Of a stretch of DNA of 33,734 bases, positions 22,485 to 33,734 are shown one piece after another. The notes under the pieces are model-generated. The model was not told the origin of the DNA and did no database searches. It was given only the letters and a program-made list of their open reading frames with translations. The stretch is from Ministeria vibrans ATCC 50519 (taxonomy: Eukaryota > Protista > Filasterea). Within the stretch, counting starts at the first letter, position 1; every line of letters starts with the position of its first letter. Both the position numbers and the translations under genes were made by a program. The DNA is taken from NCBI GenBank assembly GCA_943704425.1, contig CALSCP010000945.1, positions 120,355 to 154,088 of the forward strand, in the 5' to 3' direction.

Positions 22485-25400
22485 ATGGAAGAGGTGCGCA
22501 CATCAATTAATATTTCTCAATCATTATACACCCGAACGCACCACCGCATCCCACGCTTGCCGCACTCAATCCTTCTACGCATCAGGGTCATCTGACACAC
22601 TTTGCACTCGTTTTGACACGCTTCGCTTTCGTTTTAACGCCCAATCTTCACAATTTCGCGCGTTGCTATGGCGAAATTTGTTTTTGCCGTCGCAAGGGAC
22701 AACCAAAAAAAACTCACTCGGTCCTCTTGTCGCTCCCCTCCCCCAGGCATTCCTACGGTGTGGATCACAAAAGTTGCACCTGACCAAGGCCGTCACCACA
22801 GTTGGGTCGGCACACGATTGCGACTTGCAACTCAACGAAGCGACGGTCGACGCTCAACATGCGCTCATCGAACGGAGCCACGGCGACAACTGTTTCTTTA
22901 TGCGAGACCTCAACAGCGAACACGGCTCCTACGTAAACAATGTCCCCATCCACGGCGCAACCACTCCGCTGCAGTACGGCGATGTCATTCGCTTTGGCTA
23001 TAGCAACCACTTCTTCCGCTTTGAACCCACCACCGCAACTGTCTCGCGTGTCGCTGCCAACACCAGTCGGCCACAAACGACTGCCACTTCTCGATGGGGT
23101 GGAAACAGTGGCGTGATTGTGCAACCTCTCATCACGACACACTCATTGTCGAGCACCGTCGAACCCCTCCCTCAGATTGGCCGCTCCACCACCACTGCTG
23201 CTACTACTTCGTCATCGTCGCGTTTGCGCCTTCCGTCGGCCACAGCAAACTCCATGTTTGCTGGCGCCTACGCCGCTGCCTCAGGAAGTCGCCCTCCAAC
23301 ACGCCTACCCCCACCACCACCACCACTCCCATCACAATCACAACAGCATCATCATCAGCAACGTGTGCGCATGTCGACTGCTGCTGCACGCACAGCTCGT
23401 CCCTTGACGGCCGCTACACCCTCAGCCTTTACCGGTCCCGTCTGGCTCGCTGCCTACCCTCAAGATGCCGACAACAATATGATCAACGACCGTGATGCCA
23501 CTCGCTCAGTAGACCTGGACAGTCTCTCCGACGCGAGTTCGGTCGCCTTTGATCGCTCCTCGAGTCGCTTCCCCACCCGTCGCACTGCATCCACCACAAT
23601 GACGGTCGCTAAGAAGCCCAATCGCTCACCAACACGAATCATCGTCGACGAAGGCAAGGATATCATGATTGCGGCGGCCACCGAGGCGGCAGTGGACGCG
23701 CGCAGCAAGCTGGCGTCGGCCGAGAACGACTGGACCTCCCTGCAACGCAGCTACGAGAACACCATTGACGCACTGCACGCGGAGGTACAAGCACTCACCG
23801 AGGCCAATCAGACAATGGAAGAGACACAGGAGGAGGGCCAGACGCAGCTGGCGCGGGCCAACGACGACTGTGTACGTCTGCAGTCACAGCTTGAGGGACT
23901 GTGGCGAGTGCTCAAGGACCATTTGGGGCTGGGGACGCTGCAGAGAGACGAAGAAGGAGAGGATGTGGAGGAGGAAGAAGAACGAGAAACGTTGACGAGC
24001 GGACGAGTGGATGAGGCATTGTCACAGTATGAGACTGAGCTGCAGTCGCTGCGTGCGGAGGTGGCACGGGAGCGAGAGGCAAATGAGGAACAAGAGGCGG
24101 CTCACGGGCTGTTCATGGCACGGATGAGGGAGGGACTGGCTCTGTCGCTGGATGCTAATGAAGAGGAGACAGTGCGTGCGCTGCGTGGGCTTGTGGTGAC
24201 GCGGGAGGAGCTGTCGGGGCGCGTAAATGAGCTGGAGAGTGCGGTGAGGGACGAGCGTGAGAACGTAGCGGCACAGCGGCGGGCCAATGAAGAGTTGACG
24301 GAACGACTTGCGCGACTCGATGAACAGTGTGCACAGCTTGAAGGGACACTCGAGGTGACCAAGCGCGAAATGGAGGACATTGAGCGACAACTGGGTGAGG
24401 TGCGCGAGCAAAGTCGTACACAGACGGATCAGACGGCAGAGGAACGCAGGCGACGCGAAGAAGAATGGGAACGTGAGCGTAGTGGGATGGAACATAAGTG
24501 TGCACATCAAGTGACGACCGTCGAAACACAGCTGAGCGAGATGCGTGAGGAGGCAGAGCAGTGGTGCGGCAAGGCAAAGGAAAGTACGGAGCAAGCAGAG
24601 CAGCTTCAGCGATTGCTTGTGGATCGAGATGGGAAACTGCGCAGTGCGACGCAGTCGGTCTTGCGCCTGTTCTCCGAGTCAGGCGACGCTATCCCCGAGG
24701 CCTTTGATGATGTGGTCACACTGGTGCTTGACCACGTCACGCGGTATGTTGGGGTAACGCATGAGACAAAGCGTGCGCTGGAGCAAGCACAGCAAGAGCA
24801 AGAGGCACAACGAGCACGGGTGGACACGCTAGAGGAGCAGCTGAGCAATGCACAGCAGGCGCACCAGGAGCAGGAGAAGATACTGAACACGGTGCATGCG
24901 GAGCTGGAGCGAGTAGACACGGAGCGCAAGCAGAGCGATGCGGATGCACAGGACATGCACGAGCAGATGGGACGGCTTATTGAGTTTATGAAAACCGAGC
25001 GCACGCAGAGTGCTGAGCAGATTTCGCGTCTCGAGGCCCAGTTGGTCGCTGCCGAGGAAGTCGCGGACCGCCTGAGAGACTACAAGAAGGCATTGGGACG
25101 ACTGATGCACGATGTAGAGCAGAAGCAGTGCAACAAGAGCGCGAAGGAGGCTGATGAGGTGCCAATGGACCACGAGGATGCGGACGAAGATGAGGATGCG
25201 GACGAAAAGAGTGTGTCGTGGGCGGAGAATGCTCGTGAGCGTGTCATGGCAACGATGCAGCGTCATCGGGCTACCATGGAGTACAAAGAGGAGGCAATTC
25301 GACGTCTGGTCGATGAAAAGCGCGATGTTGAGCGACATGCGGAGCAGCTGGATGGACGCGTAAAGGAGCTGGAGGAGTACACGCGCAAGCAAGTGGATGC

Positions 25401-26473
25401 GGGGCACAAGCACAGGGCATTTTGTGAGCGCCTGGTCAAGACTATTGACTCAGAGTGGGTCGTGAGTGAGCATATGTTAGAGGAGCGACTGGTGTCGGCT
25501 GTGGCGCGCATGGCATCGCGGAGTGGTACGACTGGCGGACGACACACCACAGTGAGTCTCAAGCGCACTGGCTCACGCGGCGGCAAAGGTGGCGGTGGTG
25601 AGCAGTCGCGCACGATTGCGCGTCTCGAGCAGGAATTGCGCATTGCACAGGCACGCCTGAGTGACATGCGCAGTGAAGTAAATGAGCAGACCAAGGAGTC
25701 AATGGCGCGGCTACAAGAAGAAGTGCGAGAAAGTGTGCGTGAACTTGAGCATGTGGTGCGCTCGGGGACACTGCGCGAGATGGTGGGCCAGGCCGTGACG
25801 TTGATTGAGCGCAGTCAGCAGAACGCCAACAACAACCACGCAAGCGAGGGTAGTGACGACGGTGGTGTACTGCTCTCCAGTGATATTGCGCTGGTGCGGG
25901 AGCAATTGCGTGAGCGTGAAGCGGAAGTGGTGGTGCTTACAGCGCAGCTCAACAGTGCGCGTCGCGTCGAGACAGCCCTCAGTGCACTTGAGACACAATA
26001 TGAGCAGGTGCGCGACCGTGAGCTTCAGCACCGCTCTTCCCTCAAGCTCTCTCAGGAAGCTTTTGATCGATTTGCCGAGCAGTCCGAACTCATTATCAGC
26101 ATCTTCGAGCAAAAGGTATTGTAGACACGAGGAATGAATCCGAGTCACCGTTTAAGACACCCATTTTTGTGTAGTTTGCCAACTTTTGTACTCAACTGAC
26201 GCGACTGATGGCACCTTCCACACGCACAGCCGACGATGAAACAGAGCTTATCCGTCTTATTGTTGAGCTAGTTCAGGAAAATCGCGATTTGTTAGGAGGT
26301 AAATGTGAAGAGCTTGAAATGTATTTAATGCGGAGAATTAATTATTTTGATTCTTGTGTCATTTAGGAGGGAAAGTGGTTCGCCATTCATCCGCGACCTG
26401 CCTTGTGGCCGAGTTGGACGTCCAGAACGACAAACTTCGTGATGAGTTGGAAACGCTCAAACATCAATCGTGA
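22485..26473 (+). CDS. FHA-domain plus long coiled-coil protein, FHAD1-like
   Basis: Probable exons 22485-22493, 22747-26115, 26175-26298, 26367-26473. FHA: AFLRCG..TTVG..CDLQL..VDAQHALIE..MRDLNSEHGSYVN..LQYGDVIRFG; then a low-complexity linker and an E/Q/R-rich coiled coil. Start exon tentative. Confidence 0.75.
22662..22675 (+). promoter_or_regulatory. RFX X-box-like motif GTTGCTATGGCGAA in the 5' region or first intron of the FHAD1-like gene
   Basis: Close match to the X-box consensus, about 70 nt upstream of the main exon of a cilia-type gene. Confidence 0.5.
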
Positions 26474-26535
26474 AAATACAAATAAATCAAGAAGAAGATC
26501 AGTTAGTGAGTGTTAGTCAGAGTTTTCACTTTTCC

Positions 26536-29500
26536 ATGCGGTACGCATCGATAGCGAGATCCCTGGCGACGGTGCTGCTGCTGCTGCTCGTGGCTGCAGG
26601 GCGGTGTGTGCGCAGTGCACCAGCAAACACGTTCCAGCCGACAGACGTGTCGACCGAGCGCCTCAGCGCACGATATGCCCATGCCGCTGCGGCCTGGAGT
26701 GGTGTCGTGTGCGTCTTTGGTGGATATACGGACGAGATGGGTGAGGAGTCGACTGAAACAAACAAACTCTGAAACAATCAATTTGGACGAAGCACATTTT
26801 TTATACTCCGCCGCCTCTCCGCCTGTAGCACACGAAACGGCCAACACCACCTTCATTTACTTTGCTGTTTCGTCCATCTGGACAGAGGTACGTTGTATGA
26901 GTCCACGGGCGTGGAACTTCCTGAGTTTTTGTGCGTTGATTTTTTTTTTCTCTTTCTCTCTCTCTTTCTCTCGTGTGTGCAACAACAACAAAATTATGAC
27001 AATTATTGCAGGTGACCGCATCGATCCTCGCCACTCCAGACCCCATTGTCAATCCTCCGCCTCGGGGTTTTCACACGTTTGTTGCTGTCGCCAATGGGAC
27101 GCACAAGGTGGGCATGATCTTTGGGGGCGCGGGGCCGTTGCCGCGCACGCCGCACACACACGGGCTGACAGTGTTTGACGATGTCTGGAGCTTTGACTTT
27201 GCGACCTTTCGCTGGACTTTTATTGAACCAGTCAGCACAGTGGTGCCTCAGGCTCGATTTGGCCACACGTGCATCGAATATGATGTGAATTCTGAGCAGA
27301 TTCCCGAGACCGTCGCCACAATGTTCTGCTACGGCGGAAGGTCGGCGAACGGTACCATCTTCGGCGACCTGTGGGCATTTAACATTCAGTCACGAGAATG
27401 GAGCGTTCTCTACGACCCCGACGTAATGCTTTACACGCCGGATCCAGTGCATCGTCGCTCGTGGCCGCGAGGGCATCGTATAGTGACATGGTCATCTCCT
27501 GAGCTTGCAGCGCACCCCAACGATGATACCAATGCCACGGTGCCGAGCCCTCGTTACTTCCACAGTTCCTTTTCGCTCTCGTTGCAACCCTCCAAACTGT
27601 ACATTACTGGGGGGCGTACGCAAGATGGTTTCTGTCGAGTGCGACGGGTGAGTCAGAACGGCGAGTGCTTTGATACTTGGGCGTTTGACTTGCGCGAGCG
27701 AACGTGGACGCGTATTCAATCGCCTGGAGGGGGTTCCTTGTACCTCCCCGTCTCGTCGGTTGGAATGCACGCGGTAGGTCGAACCCAGGACGCCGTCCTT
27801 GAAGGCTACTCAGAGTACAGCATCATGGACGTGATTGTGGTGTTTGCCCCTGGCAACGGCACGGTCGGTACCGCAAGCCTGTATCCTTCCATGGGCACCT
27901 GGGTGGTCCACTCGCAACACCTCACTCCCTACCGCAAGTTGCGACGCTTCGACGCCGTCGTGGCCGTGTCCTTTGCCGAAAAACACGACATCGACAACCA
28001 CATTGTGAGCATTGCAGGCGAAACAGTCACTGGCACGTGGCTCGCCCTCAACGACACCTGGGCCATTGCCGAGCAGGAGAGCCTCTTTGTGTGGACAAAC
28101 GTCGCGCCACCCATCATTGCACCACCATTCTTTGACACGGCCGGTGTGCTTCTGCGCAACTACCAGGGGGACTCGCTCTTTTTCGTCTTTGGCGGTCAGA
28201 GCATCTCGTCGCCCATTTCGGGTGAAATGTGGCGCTTTAATGTCTCTTCGAGTCTCTGGACTCGCACTGCCTCTCAGAATCCCAATGATCTCTTTCGAAA
28301 TCTTTCTCCTACCGTTATGATTGGTCAATCGGTACGTGGTGTCACTAAAGCTAGCCCCTAGATTTTTTTTCATGGGCCAAGCAGAAAAAATATTTACGTC
28401 CGTTCCTTTAAAATGTAGATTGTTCCTTGGGGCACTGAGTCGCGCGCATTTGTGCTCTATGGCGGTGCTATTCCACCGCAGGGCAAAATTTTCACACAAG
28501 CTTGGAGTTTTAATTTGACTGGAACCGTAGAGCATGTGTGGACCGAAATGAACACAACTGTGACGCCGATGACGACGCTTCAGCCGCCTGGACGGTGGCG
28601 GCACGTTGCTGCAGCGTGCGGCCCTTACTGTATGTTGGTGTTTGGCGGGATATCCACACTGAACGACGACCCTGTTCTCTTGAACGACACCTGGTTGCTC
28701 GTGGCTGCTAACGACGAGGGCGAGGCGGGTGCTCTCGAGCGCGCCACTTGGTATCCGACGGCACTGAACTCGACTCACACCCCGGCGTCTCGTAGCCAGA
28801 CTGCGTCCGTCTACGACAAGAGTACCGCCTGCCTCTATATATTTGGTGGCCTTGGCTACGATGATATCATCTACAACGACCTTTGGCGTCTGTGCAATGC
28901 CACTATTGACGGTGGAGGCATGTGGCGCTACTTTGTACCGGATTCGGCGTCACCCTCACTTGTTCCTACTCCCCGCTTTGGCGCTCTTCTCACTCTGGTG
29001 GACCAGAAACTTATCTTGTATGGTGGCAGTATTCCCCCGTCGTCACTCGCCAATGTCACTCTCGATCCCAGTCAACAGTACCCTATCATTTCCACCAACG
29101 AACTCTTTTCGTTTCACCTTGTTGACAGTACTTGGCAGCACTTGAATGCATCTAGCCAAGCGACTATCGATCAAGGTGACGTTGCGCCTCTCCAGGGCAT
29201 CACGGGCGCTCTCTCCTATGCCACCACCAACGGCACCACCTTTAGCATCTTTGGCGGCGTTGCCATGGAAGATAACTCCGACGAGGTGCCCGGCTCCCTT
29301 GGAACACTGCGTGTTGGCTGCTCCCCAGGCTCCGCTACATCCCAGTTTGGGCTGCTGGATTGCATAGTAAGCAAAAAGAAAACAATCAAACAAACCAACA
29401 ACAAAAACAATCAAAACAAACAACAAAATCAAACAAACAAACAAACCAAGCCAAACAAACAAACAAACAAACAAACCAAACAAACCAAACAAACAAACAA

Positions 29501-31333
29501 ACAAACAAACAACAAAATCAAACAACCCGGGTACTAACTTTATTCATCTTCATTTGATCCTTCTAGCTTTGTCCGGCTGGATTTTATGCGGAAAGTGCGG
29601 GCATGACGGCGTGTAAGGAATGCGATGGAGAGACAAACACAACTAAGATTGGTGCGACCTCTCCCGACGACTGCAATGTGTGTCGTGATGATGCGTGTCA
29701 CCATCATGGCGCGTGCACGCTCTCCGAGTCAAAGAAACCAATCTGTACGTGCGAATTGATGTATCGAATCTCAACCACGTGCGATGCGCCTATTGTCGGT
29801 GGACTCATTGCTGCGACGTCGATCGTTCTGGTGGTGCTACTGATTGTTGTGGTGCTGGTACAACGCTCTCGCAAGCTGAGCAAAAATCTCGATGTGGAGC
29901 ACATGATGACGAGCTCACTCCAGAATCGACTGCACACGGAGCGAGGAGAGACGCGCACACTCAAGACACGTCTGGGTGTGATTGAGGCAATGACCATCTC
30001 TTTTGAAGATCTCAATTTGAATCTGAACCGCTCGTCAACCATTGGTGAGGGTGGAGCCGCTGAGGTATATCGAGGCACGTATGGGGGCGATCCTGTTGCC
30101 GTAAAGATTTTGCACAAACAACATCGTGGACAGAATGACCTGGTTGGTTTTGAACAGGACGCACAGACACTGCGTGCGTTGGCGCACCCCAACATCATCA
30201 AGTTGATTGGCGTTGGCGTCTACGAGGCGCCCGAACACCCCGATGAGGTTTTTCCCTTCCTAGTGATGGAGTACATGCACCGCGGTTCGCTTGATCGACT
30301 TCTCTGGAACACCAACAACGATGGAAGTCCCATTGCTTGGACCACTCGCATTAGTTATGCGCTCGACGCGGCGCGTGGCATTGCGCATTTGCACAGCAAA
30401 GATTTCATTCATGGCGACATCAAAGCGGGCAATTTGCTTGTGGGCAAGGACGATCGTGTGCGAGTGAGTGACATGGGAACTGCGAAAAAAACTGTGTTGC
30501 GACAACTGGACCGCGTGAATGAACCTGATAGGGAGTGGAACACCAGTGGCGAATGGGAAGAAGGACGCGCACGCAGTGGGTCTGAGGCCCCTATGCACGT
30601 ACAACCATCCACGGCGACTACAGCGCGCTCCGTTTCTGTCCCTATGCACTCGAATGGCGTCGCGCAAGTTGACGAAGACGAAGATGAGGACGATGAAAAT
30701 AGTGATGCGGCCGCCCGTTCTGGGGAACGTCGACCACTTCTGTCACCGTCCAGAAATGTGTCCTCAACACTACGCAATGTGCCCCTGATGGATGTTGTTA
30801 GCGAGAGCACGCGTGTCGCCGTCGACGAGCTCCCGTCGCCGTCACTGTCGTCGTCCATGTCCTCCTCGACGACCTTTCAATCGCGTCCGACGACCATGTC
30901 GTGCATGGCCAAACTTGACGTAGGCAGCATTGGCTCGCCAACACGGTATGCCGAGACAGACACAGCATTTTCGCCAGCATGGCGTGCTCCTGAGGCATAC
31001 GTCCGCAACGCACAGCTCACCAAGGCCGTTGACGTGTACGCATTTGGCGTCACACTCAGCGAAATTATCACTTGTCGTGCTCCCTTCCACGAACTGACCA
31101 CACCAGATGGCCCACCGCCGGTGTACGACCGTCTAGTCAAGCAAGGACAACGACCATCACTGCCCGACAACACACTCGCCACACACAATGTCCCAAAGGC
31201 ACTGGTGGAGCTCACCCGCGCCTGCTGGAGCACACGCCCCGGCGCACGCCCCACCATGAACGAGGTGGTCCGCCGTCTTACGGCAATCCAACGAGAACAG
31301 TTGCGCAAAAAGAATAAGAAGAACAAAAAATGA
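26536..31333 (+). CDS. Single-pass receptor kinase: signal peptide, Kelch repeats, Cys-rich ephrin-receptor-like (GCC2/GCC3) repeat, EGF-like, TM, TKL Ser/Thr kinase
   Basis: Five exons with donors at 26740, 26888, 28332, 29367. Repeated R..H...(F/Y)GG..ND.W Kelch units; CPAGFY..C..C; C..HG.C..C.C; TM IVGGLIAATSIVLVVLLIVVVLV; kinase GEGGAAEV, VAVK, HGDIKAGN, DMG, WRAPE, DVYAFG, CW..RP. Confidence 0.9.
29385..29525. repeat. (AAAC)n-type tetranucleotide repeat in a kinase intron
   Basis: Directly visible. Confidence 0.9.
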
Positions 31334-31407
31334 AGAACAAAAAGAAACACAAACCGTAATAATCTATTATAATGACTTTGTGTCACAGTTTTGATTCTGA
31401 ACATTTT

Positions 31408-33037
<1,630 letters not shown>

Positions 33038-33174
33038 TTGTTGTAGAGACAAACAGAAACAAAATTGCAGTGATCTGAGACTCTGAGTGAGTTATTTTAT
33101 GTTGATAGGATGAGTTGCTTCTCCATAACAATCCCTTTTTTTTTTTGTCTCTCTCTCTCTCTCTCTTTACAAGC

Positions 33175-33603
33175 ATGTCCAAGATCCAAGGTGGAACTGT
33201 CGTCGAGCTTGACGGCGACGAGATGACGCGTGTGATCTGGGCGGAGATCAAGGAGAAGCTGATCCTGCCGTTCATTGACCTCAACATTGAGTACTTTGAC
33301 CTGGGAATTGAGCACCGCGACGCCACCAACGACGCCGTGACGCTGGAGGCCGCCGAGGCCATGAAGCGCGTCAACGTGGGCATCAAGTGCGCCACCATCA
33401 CGCCCGACGAGGCGCGCGTTGAAGGTACACACGTGAAAGCGCCGCCAGACCCGTCGCCCGTCCCGTTCCCCGCCCTCCCCCGCTCACCCCGCGGCCCCGC
33501 TGCTGCGCTTTCCTTTCCCTCCGACGACAGAGTTCAAGCTCAAGCAGATGTGGAAGAGCCCCAACGGCACCATCCGCAACCATGTTGGTGGTGTTGTCTT
33601 TCG
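33175..33603 (+). CDS. IDH1: NADP-dependent isocitrate dehydrogenase, cytosolic type; first two exons
   Basis: [59 protein letters not shown]; intron from 33425 to about 33529; no presequence. Confidence 0.88.
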
Positions 33604-33653
33604 GTAAACGCTCGTTTTTTTTTTTTGTCTCTCTCTCTCTCTCTTTACAAGCA

Positions 33654-33734
33654 TGTCCAAGATCCAAGGTGGAACTGTCGTCGAGCTTGACGGCGACGAG
33701 ATGACGCGTGTGATCTGGGCGGAGATCAAGGAGA
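33654..33734 (+). CDS. IDH1: Second copy of the IDH1 5' end, truncated by the window edge
   Basis: 33654-33734 is identical to 33175-33255 and has the same T-run/(CT)n/TTTACAAGC leader. Confidence 0.7.

Noticed and set aside
29259-29272. X-box-like GTTGCCATGGAAGA
   Set aside because: Lies in kinase coding sequence (VAME) with a poor right half-site; it shows such matches can arise by chance.
33038-33174. Functional NADPH coupling of head-to-head GFUS and IDH1
   Set aside because: The other head-to-head pairs here are functionally unrelated, so genome compaction explains it.

Overview
Gene-dense, intron-rich eukaryotic DNA with GT-AG introns that are often filled with (CT)n, (CA)n or (AAAC)n microsatellites, very short AT-rich intergenic spacers and one assembly gap (7885-8542). 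The gene content (dual oxidase, FHAD1-like, FAM149-like, SCOC, receptor kinase) suggests a flagellated opisthokont, probably a unicellular holozoan such as a choanoflagellate-like organism; this is inference. By manual splicing I reconstruct about 16 protein genes in order: HEATR6-like (-, runs off the left end, missing from the ORF track), TatD DNase, PPIL1, a plant-type PLAC8 protein, a short unknown gene, SCOC, a complete ~1752-aa dual oxidase (DUOX), VMA21, FAM149-like, ACADM, TMEM14, a dual-specificity phosphatase, FHAD1-like, a Kelch/Cys-rich/EGF single-pass non-RD receptor kinase, GDP-L-fucose synthase and IDH1 (whose 5' part is repeated at the right end). The most interesting signals are the full DUOX in an apparently non-animal genome, the IRAK/RLK-like non-RD Kelch receptor kinase with a ~175-aa activation segment, RFX X-box-like motifs inside the two cilia-type genes, a hairpin that sequesters a splice donor, micro-exons, and recurring promoter and intron motifs. 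All exon boundaries were read by eye and need RNA-seq confirmation.
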